Of a stretch of 64,000 nucleotides of DNA, positions 38,523-47,558 are shown one piece after another. The stretch covers positions 9,728 through 73,727 of the forward strand of contig JAFRXG010000033.1 of NCBI GenBank assembly GCA_017441565.1, read 5' to 3'. The first letter of the stretch is position 1. Every line of letters starts with the position of its first letter. This DNA is from Bacteroidales bacterium. GTDB taxonomy: Bacteria > Bacteroidota > Bacteroidia > Bacteroidales > P3. Below the pieces are notes generated by a model. It was not told the DNA's origin. It saw nothing but the letters and a program-made list of their open reading frames with translations, and made no database searches. Both the position numbers and the translations under genes were made by a program.

Positions 38523-41500
38523 ACCGCCCCTCCTTCCTCGTCGGCAGCCGACGGACAATAAAAGTGCAAATTATCTGGCAGCAGGGCGCAATGAGAGGCC
38601 ACCCTGTAGTCATCTTCCGAATCAATGCGGCACCTATACTCCCTGTCAGGATGTGCCAAGGCGGCCAGCAGTGCCAGCTCGCCCTGCTGCGAATAGGCTG
38701 GCAGCCGCAGTTCCCGCCATTCCTTACCTTCAAGGACCGTCAAATCCTCCGTCATGGGTGCGGCACCCTCGCTCTGCCACCGGCGCAATGTCCTGCGGCA
38801 GCGCGCCGACACCTCACGCCCCTTATACAAATATTGATAGCGCACCATTGGCAGCCAATAGGCCTCGTCCTCCAGCTCTCTGCGCAGTGCGGCATAACGG
38901 TCGGTGAAATAGTGCCGCATCTGCCTCGTAAGCTGCTGCAGGTCGGCGTCGGCAAAGCTCTCATAACTGATACGCTGCTCCACATATATGGTCGTGGACC
39001 CCTCGCTGAGCAGCCAGTCTTTCTTGGGCATCACATGCTGCACCCCGTGTACCAGCACAGGCAGCACATCCAGCTGCAGCTGCTGCGCCAAGTAGAACGC
39101 CCCCTTATGGAAACGTCCCACCGTGCCGTCGGTCGAGCGGGTGCCTTCCGGAAACACCAGCACCGAGTAGCCCTCGCCCACCAACTCGCGCAGGCGGGGC
39201 AGCAGTGCCTCATAGCCCTCGGTCACAGGCAGGTAGTCGGCATAGCGTATCACCACACCGTAGATGGGGTTGCGCCACACCCAGTCGTTGGTCAGCACCA
39301 CCAGTTTGGGAGTCAGCATCAGGGTGCACAGCAGGTCGAGGTGCGACTGGTGGTTGGCCACCACCACCGCCGGCCGGTCAAACGTCTCATGACAGGGATT
39401 CACAACCTTGTGGCGAACCCCCGGCAGGAGCCTGAGACCCTGACGGCAACACCAACAAATCAGCTTATGGAAGCGCAGCCGCCAGCGACGGCTCTTCCCT
39501 CCTACCAGTCGGAATAGCAGGGTCAGCGGCGTGGCTACCAACATGGCCACCACCACCAGCACCACCACTGCCCATAATGTGTTCAACAGCCGTTTCAGCG
39601 TCACCGGCACCCGGCGGAGCTCGCCGCCAGCGCGCGTCATCCACCCCATCAGCACCGGGGGCAGCAGACACGCCATCACTATCACCACCGCCATACCCAT
39701 CACCGCCACCACCGCCAGCGACTTCAACGCCGGATGCTGGGCGAAGAGCAGCACCCCCATACCGGCAAACATCAGCAACGCCGACACCACCACGCTATGG
39801 CGGTAGCTGCGCAGCCGCTGACGGCCGTAGGCATACTCATACATAAGCCCCTCGGTGATAAAGATGCTGTAATCGTCGCCCTGTCCGAAGATGAACGTCG
39901 CCAAGATGATATTCACGATGTTGAAGCTCACTCCTGCCAAATCCATCAGCCCCAAAATCCACAGCCAGCCCACTGCCAATGGCAGGAACGACACCAGTGC
40001 CAGCTCCAGCTGGCCCAGCGACAGCCAGAGGAACACAAACACCACCAGCCCGCAAACAAACAGAATATAGTTGAAGTCACCGTTCAATGCGGCAACCAGA
40101 TGCGACCCCACATCGTGCAAGTCGAAGGCAAACAGACCCGCATCGCCCTCCCAACGCTCCCGAAGCGTCTGCTTCACCTGCTCCGCCTCCGCCACAGGCA
40201 CATGCAGCATGTTCACCACCCTCACGCTGGTGTCGTCGGTCAAGAGATAGTTCTCCGCCAGGCCGCAGAGGCAGGTCATAGCCTCAGGCGGCATCACCTG
40301 GTAGGTGTTTGTCAGCTCGGCTACGAAAGGCTCGAAAGCCCCTGGCGCGAATCCCTGACGTGCTGCCGCCCGCTGCACCTCGGCCTCCAAACCGCCATGC
40401 CGTCGGCGGAACAAGTCCCAACGTTCCAACGCCTCCTGCTGACGGTGGGTGGAGGGAAGCAGCAGCGAGGCGCCCCTCGACTCCTCCATCACCCCTTCAC
40501 CGCCGTGCCGCTCGCAAGCCTGCAAGGCCTCGTCCAAGGTGGGGGCCTCCGACACCCAATAGACCACGTCGGTCGAATCGCCATTGGCAAGCGGACGGCT
40601 AAGCAGGGCCAGGTCGTCACGCTGCTGGGCTGTCATATAGTTGATGTTGTGCAAGTCGTCGTCGAACCGGGTATTACCGCTTCGCAGCCCCAAAAACAGC
40701 GTCAGCACCGCCACCACGACCAGCAGCACCTTTTTGAACGACGGTTGCAAAGAAACCAACAGAGGATGTTGTGTAAACCTATTATTGTGCGAATCGGACA
40801 CCCCCGACAAGGCGCGTCTGAGCCTGAACCCATTCGCAACCCTCCCATCCTTCGCCTTCCCGGTCGAAGCGATAAGGGGCAGGATGGTGAGTACGACAAG
40901 GATGGTGCCCACCAGCATCAGCGCACCGAACAGCCCCAGGTCGCGCATGGCCTCCGCCTTTACAAACAGCAGGCAGGCAAAGGCACTCACCGTGGTGATG
41001 TTGCCCGTAAGCAGTGGCTCGACCATCTCCTTAAGCGTAAGCCGTCGGTCGGGGTGGGAGCGCAGATGCTCCAGATAGTGCAGCGGATAGTTCACCGCTA
41101 TACCTAACAAGACCGACCCGATGCCAATAACTATAATAGAAATTGATGGGCGCAGCAGCGACACCACCCCTAAGGCAAAAAGCCAGCCCGCCGCCACGGC
41201 AAAGGCCAGATACAATATGTTGCGTCGGTCACCCATGGCCCATGCCAATATGACCACAATCAGCACCAACGCCACCAGGCCGCCCAAAAGGCTGTCCTTC
41301 TTGATACGCTCGGCATTGGCAGCCGCAATCAGCGGAGCCCCCACCGCGGACACCCTCACCCCCTGCACCTGCTTCATCACGCTGTCGGCCACCTGACTCA
41401 GCCGTGCGGACAGACGGCTGCCCGCACGCGTGTCGCTCGACGCGTAAGGCGACAGCATAAAGGCGTATGCCCTTCCCTCGCGGTCGAAGAGGTAGCCGTC

Positions 41501-42109
41501 GCGAACCTCGTAAAAGTCGGCTGGCGACAACGACTGGAGCCTTTGCAGCACTGGCGAGAAGAGGTTCAGCGGATCGGCCCGCACCGCCTCCGTAGCCAAT
41601 GCCGTCATGGGGAACGAGAGCATCCTGCGCACATGGGTCATACAAGTGTCGACATAGCCCGGCTGTGCCAGCAGAGAGTCGATACGCTCATAGTCCGCCT
41701 CGGTAAGGAACAACGCCACATGATGGCGCATAAAGTCCATCGCCTCCATCAGCTGCCCTTCGTCGGCAGTCCCTTGCCACCGACCCAGTTCCTCACCACC
41801 CAACTCTTCCCAACCGAAGCCGAAAGCATCCACCGCCTCGGCCAGCAGGGAGTCGGACACCTCACGGTCCAGCCCCTCCTCGGGACGGAAGATGATGGTG
41901 ATGCGGCCCGCGTCGCCCATCTGCTCGTAGACCGACGCATAGCGCGCGTCCGCCCCGCTGCGCGGGAGGAAGTCGGCCACATCCTCGCCGAAATGCAGCC
42001 TGAGCCCTAACAGCACACAGCCCACCAGCACCAAGGCAGTCAGCCATAAGGCCATCCGCCTATGCTTCATCAGGAAGTCGTGCAATCGTAATATAAACCT
42101 CGTTACCAT
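38519..42109 (-). CDS. fusion protein: MMPL/RND-like predicted exporter + LPLAT acyltransferase + ~120-aa C-terminal extension
   Basis: 1196 aa. The first ~850 aa have two clusters of TM helices with large loops, as in an APE-type predicted exporter. An acyltransferase domain follows with VVVANHQSHLDLL (HX4D) and VFPEGTRS. Confidence 0.75.
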   Translation of the reverse strand: MVTRFILRLHDFLMKHRRMALWLTALVLVGCVLLGLRLHFGEDVADFLPRSGADARYASVYEQMGDAGRITIIFRPEEGLDREVSDSLLAEAVDAFGFGWEELGGEELGRWQGTADEGQLMEAMDFMRHHVALFLTEADYERIDSLLAQPGYVDTCMTHVRRMLSFPMTALATEAVRADPLNLFSPVLQRLQSLSPADFYEVRDGYLFDREGRAYAFMLSPYASSDTRAGSRLSARLSQVADSVMKQVQGVRVSAVGAPLIAAANAERIKKDSLLGGLVALVLIVVILAWAMGDRRNILYLAFAVAAGWLFALGVVSLLRPSISIIVIGIGSVLLGIAVNYPLHYLEHLRSHPDRRLTLKEMVEPLLTGNITTVSAFACLLFVKAEAMRDLGLFGALMLVGTILVVLTILPLIASTGKAKDGRVANGFRLRRALSGVSDSHNNRFTQHPLLVSLQPSFKKVLLVVVAVLTLFLGLRSGNTRFDDDLHNINYMTAQQRDDLALLSRPLANGDSTDVVYWVSEAPTLDEALQACERHGGEGVMEESRGASLLLPSTHRQQEALERWDLFRRRHGGLEAEVQRAAARQGFAPGAFEPFVAELTNTYQVMPPEAMTCLCGLAENYLLTDDTSVRVVNMLHVPVAEAEQVKQTLRERWEGDAGLFAFDLHDVGSHLVAALNGDFNYILFVCGLVVFVFLWLSLGQLELALVSFLPLAVGWLWILGLMDLAGVSFNIVNIILATFIFGQGDDYSIFITEGLMYEYAYGRQRLRSYRHSVVVSALLMFAGMGVLLFAQHPALKSLAVVAVMGMAVVIVMACLLPPVLMGWMTRAGGELRRVPVTLKRLLNTLWAVVVLVVVAMLVATPLTLLFRLVGGKSRRWRLRFHKLICWCCRQGLRLLPGVRHKVVNPCHETFDRPAVVVANHQSHLDLLCTLMLTPKLVVLTNDWVWRNPIYGVVIRYADYLPVTEGYEALLPRLRELVGEGYSVLVFPEGTRSTDGTVGRFHKGAFYLAQQLQLDVLPVLVHGVQHVMPKKDWLLSEGSTTIYVEQRISYESFADADLQQLTRQMRHYFTDRYAALRRELEDEAYWLPMVRYQYLYKGREVSARCRRTLRRWQSEGAAPMTEDLTVLEGKEWRELRLPAYSQQGELALLAALAHPDREYRCRIDSEDDYRVASHCALLPDNLHFYCPSAADEEGGAV

Positions 42110-42148
42110 CGAATTGAGCGTTATGAATGGGCAGCTTCGCCTGCTTTA

Positions 42149-42904
42149 CTATATTTCATTTCTACTTTCTTTTATCTCTCTTTTCCTTAGCAGAGAGGAA
42201 GGCCAGACTAAGCACAATGCTACCACACTCAAAAAGGTGTTCAACAGGGTAATGCGGAGGAAGTCTGCCCATGGGCGGAAATGGGACACCCGCTCTTCCT
42301 TGGGGGGATAGTAGACCCGCACCGGCACTGCTTGCAGCTTCACACCCCGCCAGGCGGACCACACCAGGAGTTCCAGCTCCGACTCGTAACGGCGGGTGAG
42401 GTAGCGGAGCGGCGGCAGACTGCCCAACGGGTATGCACGGAAACCCGACTGGGTGTCGGGAAGGCTGATGCCGGTCTGCACTCGGAACCAGAAGTTGGAG
42501 AATCGGTTGGCCCAGCGGTTGGCTTGTGGCATACCGTCGGCATCGAAGGCCCGCGCGCCCACCACCAGCAGTGGCTCTTGGCTTGCCTCTAAGGGTGCCA
42601 GCAATAGCGGCACGTCCTCAGGGAAATGCTGGCCGTCGGCATCCAGTGTCACCGCATAGTCGTACCCCATGTCACGAGCTTGCCCCAGGCCGCGGCGCAA
42701 CGCGTATCCTTTGCCTCGGTTGCGCGGATAGTCTATCACCACTACCCCTCGCTGGGCATAGGGCTTTAGGAGGCGGGCGGTGTCGTCGGTGCTTCCGTCG
42801 TTGACCACCATCACATGACTGGTCACCGCCAAGCAACGGTCTAACACCTGTGCCAGCGTCCCCTGGTTGTTGTATGTGGGTATGACGATGCAGTAGTTTA
42901 TCAT
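42149..42904 (-). CDS. family-2 glycosyltransferase with C-terminal TM segment
   Basis: IVIPTYNN, VVNDGSTDDT, LDADGQH and a C-terminal hydrophobic helix. Confidence 0.85.
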   Translation of the reverse strand: MINYCIVIPTYNNQGTLAQVLDRCLAVTSHVMVVNDGSTDDTARLLKPYAQRGVVVIDYPRNRGKGYALRRGLGQARDMGYDYAVTLDADGQHFPEDVPLLLAPLEASQEPLLVVGARAFDADGMPQANRWANRFSNFWFRVQTGISLPDTQSGFRAYPLGSLPPLRYLTRRYESELELLVWSAWRGVKLQAVPVRVYYPPKEERVSHFRPWADFLRITLLNTFLSVVALCLVWPSSLLRKREIKESRNEI

Positions 42905-43296
42905 GGCTCGCTCCTTTCTGCTGAGGGTGCATGAGGACGGTCCATGGCTAGGGAGAATTTGGCATAGACATGCTCCGAGCCGGACACGACGGCCTGTGCG
43001 GTGAGTTCTTCAGGGTCGAAACGGACTTCGCATTCCACCGCATGGCCCTCACCGGGTATCAGGGGAGCCAGGTATTTGGCATTGTTCACAACAAGCAGCT
43101 GCAATTGTTCGTCAAAGGCACGCTGGAGCAACTCCACCACTACCTGCAGGAGGCACACACCGGGGGTGACCGGCTGGCCGGGGAAATGGGCCTGATAGAT
43201 GGGATGGTCCTCGACGGGGAGCAGGCTGGCCTTGAGGGTATGGCCGCCTACGGTCTCCAACGACTTGACTAGAAACAGATGGTCCAACAGTTGCAT
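42901..43296 (-). CDS. FabZ/FabA-like hotdog dehydratase
   Basis: HFPGQPVTPGVCLLQ, with an ATGA overlap with the GT2. Confidence 0.75.
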   Translation of the reverse strand: MQLLDHLFLVKSLETVGGHTLKASLLPVEDHPIYQAHFPGQPVTPGVCLLQVVVELLQRAFDEQLQLLVVNNAKYLAPLIPGEGHAVECEVRFDPEELTAQAVVSGSEHVYAKFSLAMDRPHAPSAERSEP

Positions 43297-43302
43297 AACA
43301 GT

Positions 43303-43917
43303 CTACTTATTACTTTTTTTGACGGATAACGTTTCGAACTGCAAGGTGGTGACGGTGCCTTCGCCTTCGGATAGTTCCACCCGCTCGACCAAGAGGCTCT
43401 GTTTGTTGAAGGTGAAAGTGATGGAGGCAAACATACGGCGCATGTCTTTCCGCTTGGGTTTCATCACCGCACGATAGCTGTCGGACAATTCATAGAGCGA
43501 GATGTCGAACAGGTGCTCGTCGAAGAGGCGTTGGCCGTTGAGACTGCTCATCACCATGCCGGTCATGCGTTTCACGCCCGACTTCCATGCAGCCGAGGGG
43601 GTTTTCTTGCCTTGTGAGGTCATGCTCACCGAGTCGCCCTCCACCACCAGCACATAGTCGTAGGGGGTGGTATACTCCCAACGGAGCGACGAAGGACGTG
43701 TGTAGGACATGCGTCCTTGCGCCACGGCGGCCTGAGCCAACAGGGGGCTTTGCTTGGTCTGTGTGAAACGGCACTGCATGGATTGTATGGCGGTAGTGGC
43801 TTGGGTGATACGACCCATGACGGCGGTGCGCCGCTCGGCGGACAGCAGCTGTCCCTCCTGTGCTTGGATTCCCAAACACAGCAGTAGGTATCCGACAATT
43901 GTGAACAAGGGTTTCAT
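43303..43917 (-). CDS. LolA-like outer-membrane lipoprotein-carrier family protein
   Basis: Signal peptide, plus FTQTKQSPLL...GRMSYTRPSSLRWEYTTPYDYVLVVEGD. Confidence 0.7.
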   Translation of the reverse strand: MKPLFTIVGYLLLCLGIQAQEGQLLSAERRTAVMGRITQATTAIQSMQCRFTQTKQSPLLAQAAVAQGRMSYTRPSSLRWEYTTPYDYVLVVEGDSVSMTSQGKKTPSAAWKSGVKRMTGMVMSSLNGQRLFDEHLFDISLYELSDSYRAVMKPKRKDMRRMFASITFTFNKQSLLVERVELSEGEGTVTTLQFETLSVKKSNK

Positions 43918-43935
43918 ATTAGTTCAGAGTTTAGA

Positions 43936-43993
43936 GGGTAGTGGTTAGAGGGCTCCGGGTGCGGCAGTCTCTCTCAACGCTAACCACTGACCC
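43936..43993. other. intercistronic stem-loop
   Basis: gggtagtggttag pairs with ctaaccactgaccc (13 bp plus 1 bulge). It shares the ggttagagg word with repeat copies A and B. Confidence 0.45.
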
Positions 43994-44003
43994 TTATTTT
44001 ACT

Positions 44004-44357
44004 TTATTTCATCACCAGCATACACCCGCCCACGATGAGCAAGGCCCCGACCCATCGGACCAACGGCACCTGTTCGCCGAAGACGACGATGGCCGCCACC
44101 ATTCCAAAAAGGTAGGCCAAAGCCGTAAGGGGGTAGGCCTGGCTGAAGGGGAAATGGCGAAGGATGTAAAGCCAAAGGACTGTGGCAACGCCAAAGCTGA
44201 CTCCGCATGCCAGCAGCCACCAGTCGGTGAGCAACTGGCGGAAATAGTCCCACGTCCAACTGAAAGGAGGCAGCTTGCCCATGCCCAACTTCAGCAGCAC
44301 TTGTCCGCCTGAGAGGAACAGGGTCTGCACCGCTACTAGTATCAACAGTCTTGCCAT
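44004..44357 (-). CDS. single-EamA-domain (half-size DMT, ArnE/ArnF-like) membrane protein
   Basis: 117 aa with 4 predicted helices and LLIVGGCMLVMK at the C-terminus. Confidence 0.65.
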   Translation of the reverse strand: MARLLILVAVQTLFLSGGQVLLKLGMGKLPPFSWTWDYFRQLLTDWWLLACGVSFGVATVLWLYILRHFPFSQAYPLTALAYLFGMVAAIVVFGEQVPLVRWVGALLIVGGCMLVMK

Positions 44358-44375
44358 ATTCTACTTTTTGTTTGA

Positions 44376-46643
44376 TTATCTTATTGCGTCTATTCTTGAC
44401 AGAAGGGTAAGGGTGTGGCATCCCCCATCGGAGGTGTTATACAGGAGGATGGCATGCGGGTCGGACAGCGGCCCGGCGGGAGGGTTGGAGACAAAGAGGA
44501 CTGGGGGTATGCTCTTGTGGCTCATGCAACAGACAGCAGCATAGAGTCCCAAGGCCGAAGAGGTGTAGCCGTCGCCGAAGAGGTGTTTATACCAAAGGGC
44601 GGGGCGGCTGCCAAAGAGGCTGTGGTAATAGCGGAGCGAGCGGCTGTCGTGGTCGGGGTTGCCGTTGAGGTCGGTCATCACCCCTGCCACCTGGTCGAGG
44701 GTTATGCCGGCATGGAGGAGCAGCGACTGCAGCTGGTGTTGCAAACTGTCGGCATCAGGTTTGTAGGATAGCGCCACCCCGTGGAACCTGCACAAGGGCT
44801 GGTTGCCCAACCCCTGTTGGTCGGACAGGACGAACGACGCGGCTGATTCGCCAGCAGCCTGTCCCGGTTGGCCCAGAAAGCCTATCTTGGCCAACAGGCT
44901 GAAATAGGAAGGTGTCAGCTCGTCATGAGCACCAACCAATACGCGGTGGGCATTGCCCGACTGCAGCTGAAGCCAGCCGTCGTACAAGGCATTATCGAAC
45001 GAGGTCTCCTTGTGGGCATGAGTGGTGTTGTAGCCATGACAGCCCATGCGGATGGCCACCAAGGAGCCTATGGTGTTGTGGGTGGACTGCATGAAGTGGG
45101 TGGGTTTGAGCAGCTGCTCGCCGTCGCGGCTGAGGGGTCCCAGAAAGAGTTCGGTGCTTTCGACACATCCCAGACCCGTGCCTGTGACTACCGCATCTAC
45201 GCTGTCTACCCCTGCGGCCTGCACTGCCGTCAGCGAGGTGGCGAGGGCGCGTTTGAGTATCTTCCCCATCCTGCGTGCCTCAACAGGTGAGACAAAGGGG
45301 CGGAAGTCGGGGTCCTGACTGTGGTTGAGGGGTGCTGACAACGGCTGGGGATGGGTCATCCATTGGTCGTCTAAAGCTCCTTGTGCCGATATTTGAGAGG
45401 CTGAGAGTATGTATGTAGTGGTGATGGGGATGGTGGGCAATGCCCTTTCTTCGGTGGGGGCGGAGATGACGACTGAGGTGTCGTTGCCTCCAAATCCGAA
45501 GGAGTTGCACAGCACATGCTTCAAGGATTGGTTGACCATCAGTTGGGTCACAGGCGCGACACATGCCTCATCGGGTTGTTGGTAATGGAGGTTGGGCGGT
45601 ATGAACCCGTGCTGCATCGCCAGCATACATATCGCCAATTCGATGGTGCCTGATGCGCTGGTGGTATGCCCGGTGAAGGGCTTGGTGGAGGAGATGCGGG
45701 GGAGCGCATCACCCCACACACGTCGCACGGCAGCACTCTCGCTGGCATCGTTGTTGGGGGTGCCGGTGCCATGCGCATTGACATAGTCGATTTGGGAAGG
45801 CTGTAGCTGTGCCATCCTTAGGGCGGCAAGCATAGCCCTATAGGCTCCTTCACCATCGGGTGAGGAGGCTGTCTGATGGTAAGCGTCGCAGGCGTTGCCG
45901 TAACCTGAAAGGATGGCAAGTGGACGAACACCACGACGCAGGGCATGGGAACGGGTTTCTAGCACCAGGTAGGCCGCCCCTTCTCCCAGGTTGAGCCCCG
46001 CACGCTGCGCATCGAAGGGCCGACAGAGCTGTCGGTCGAGTATCATCAACGAGTTGAAGCCGTTGAGGTGGAACTTGGTGAGGCATTCGCTGCCTCCCAC
46101 GACCACACACGACACATCGCCATGCCGTAAGGCTTCCGCCCCTACCACCACGGCATTGGCCGCGGACGAGCAGGCAGTGGAGAGGGTGGTGACAAAGGCG
46201 GGGGTGCCGAAGGGTGAGACTATCATCTCGGTGCAGGCCCCGCAGTCGTGGGTGGCTATATACTGGTTGTAGTCGTCGTTGGAGAGGAAGTCGAGGTAGT
46301 GCTGCTCGCTTTGGTCCATGCCGCCGACGGTGGTGGCGGAGACGAAGCCCGCCTGCCTGAGGTCGTCGGCACTGAGGGCTGCGTCGCGTAGGGCTTCGCC
46401 CAACGCCATCATGCCCATGAGAGCAGTACGGGTGGTGGGGGTGCGCGGGTCTATGCCCACACGCCGCACCATCTCTTGATTGCTCAACGCCACTTCGCCT
46501 ACCGGGAATTCGTGGTGGGTGGTGGCAAGATGGCGCAGAGGACCGACACCCGTGCGTGATGCCAACAGCGACTCGAGGGTGGCTTCCACCCCCACGCCGA
46601 TGGCGGAGACGATGCCGACACCTGTTATCCAGATAGGTTCCAT
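44376..46643 (-). CDS. beta-ketoacyl synthase fused to a Cys-less KS-like (chain-length-factor-like) domain
   Basis: The N-terminal half carries TLSTACSSAANA (active Cys), NAHGTGTPNND and GHTTSASG. The C-terminal half (from ~aa 415) is thiolase-like, but YNTTHAHKETSF replaces the Cys motif. Confidence 0.8.
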   Translation of the reverse strand: MEPIWITGVGIVSAIGVGVEATLESLLASRTGVGPLRHLATTHHEFPVGEVALSNQEMVRRVGIDPRTPTTRTALMGMMALGEALRDAALSADDLRQAGFVSATTVGGMDQSEQHYLDFLSNDDYNQYIATHDCGACTEMIVSPFGTPAFVTTLSTACSSAANAVVVGAEALRHGDVSCVVVGGSECLTKFHLNGFNSLMILDRQLCRPFDAQRAGLNLGEGAAYLVLETRSHALRRGVRPLAILSGYGNACDAYHQTASSPDGEGAYRAMLAALRMAQLQPSQIDYVNAHGTGTPNNDASESAAVRRVWGDALPRISSTKPFTGHTTSASGTIELAICMLAMQHGFIPPNLHYQQPDEACVAPVTQLMVNQSLKHVLCNSFGFGGNDTSVVISAPTEERALPTIPITTTYILSASQISAQGALDDQWMTHPQPLSAPLNHSQDPDFRPFVSPVEARRMGKILKRALATSLTAVQAAGVDSVDAVVTGTGLGCVESTELFLGPLSRDGEQLLKPTHFMQSTHNTIGSLVAIRMGCHGYNTTHAHKETSFDNALYDGWLQLQSGNAHRVLVGAHDELTPSYFSLLAKIGFLGQPGQAAGESAASFVLSDQQGLGNQPLCRFHGVALSYKPDADSLQHQLQSLLLHAGITLDQVAGVMTDLNGNPDHDSRSLRYYHSLFGSRPALWYKHLFGDGYTSSALGLYAAVCCMSHKSIPPVLFVSNPPAGPLSDPHAILLYNTSDGGCHTLTLLSRIDAIR

Positions 46644-46644
46644 G

Positions 46645-46902
46645 CTATCGGGTGCGGTGTTTGGCTATGTAGTCAGCCATGACGGAGACCGATTGGAAGA
46701 TTTCTTTGCCTTGGTTGGGATCTTGCAGACGGATGCCATAGTTCTTCTCCATGAGGACTATGAGTTCGAGGGCATCAATAGAGTCGAGCCCCAGCCCTTC
46801 GTCGAAAAGAGGTGCGTCGGCGTCGATGTCGTCGGGCGTAATCTCTACCAGGTTCAGGGCTTGGATGATTTCTTGTTTGAGCTGTTGAATGAGTTCTTCC
46901 AT
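46645..46902 (-). CDS. acyl carrier protein
   Basis: 85 aa with the phosphopantetheine site LGLDSIDALE. Confidence 0.85.
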   Translation of the reverse strand: MEELIQQLKQEIIQALNLVEITPDDIDADAPLFDEGLGLDSIDALELIVLMEKNYGIRLQDPNQGKEIFQSVSVMADYIAKHRTR

Positions 46903-46958
46903 ATTATTGATGTATTAATGTGTAAATGCTTGAATCTTTTGACTGAGGATTTAACGTA

Positions 46959-47528
46959 TTAAAAATCTCCCATTTGAACAATGGAGAGAGAGGCACTGTA
47001 GGTGTCGGGCGAGGGGCGGTCGACCCAGCCCACGAGAGCCGACTGGGTGCCGTGGTCGAGGAATAGGGCACGGATGTGGGGCTGCATAAGTGCAGGGTTT
47101 GGCTCGGGAAGGAGGATATAGTCGGTTTCGCCATAATAGCGGTTGCGGATGGCAATTTCTCCGGTGACGATATTGGGAAGGGTGTATACGAATACCGACG
47201 GGCTGGGGTAATAGGCTTGTGGGTCGCGGATGGTGTCTTGGTGTTGGGTGTCGGCGACGAGCGACCCCGCGCGCCCGAAGAGCAGCACGGCACGGTCGGC
47301 GGTGCCGAAGCAGGCACGGTGGGCAGGGTCGCCCGGCGTTTCGGCCTGCAGCAGCAGTTCGGAGGCAACAAACCCCAACTGGCAGAGGGCGTCCATCTTA
47401 TGGTATTTGGGGTAGTCGGCGATATGGGTGCGATAGAGGTGGTTGAGGAGCGCGGCCCCACTTTCGGGACAGTGGAGGGGCTGGTCATTGAGGTGCAGCG
47501 AGTGGTCGGTAAGTCGGACGGTATACAT
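46959..47528 (-). CDS. small KS-N-terminal-like accessory protein (no catalytic Cys seen)
   Basis: 189 aa, with KMDALCQLGFVASELLL resembling the start of a thiolase-fold domain. The alternative-frame ORF 46904..47488 was rejected. Confidence 0.45.
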   Translation of the reverse strand: MYTVRLTDHSLHLNDQPLHCPESGAALLNHLYRTHIADYPKYHKMDALCQLGFVASELLLQAETPGDPAHRACFGTADRAVLLFGRAGSLVADTQHQDTIRDPQAYYPSPSVFVYTLPNIVTGEIAIRNRYYGETDYILLPEPNPALMQPHIRALFLDHGTQSALVGWVDRPSPDTYSASLSIVQMGDF

Positions 47529-47558
47529 GAGGGTTGAGGTGTTAGTGTTTATTACCTT

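Noticed and set aside
38523-38558. Upstream start (MSVGCRRGRRGG...) for the CrtI-fusion gene, overlapping the previous gene by 40 nt.
   Set aside because: The ATG at 38522 gives an ATGA stop/start overlap and places the GxGxxG motif at the usual distance from the N-terminus.
46904-47488. 194-aa Pro/Thr/Ser-rich ORF overlapping 46959..47528 on the same strand.
   Set aside because: It is an alternative frame of the KS-like accessory gene. The sequence is low-complexity, with no start context. The other frame gives a globular protein that fits the cluster spacing.
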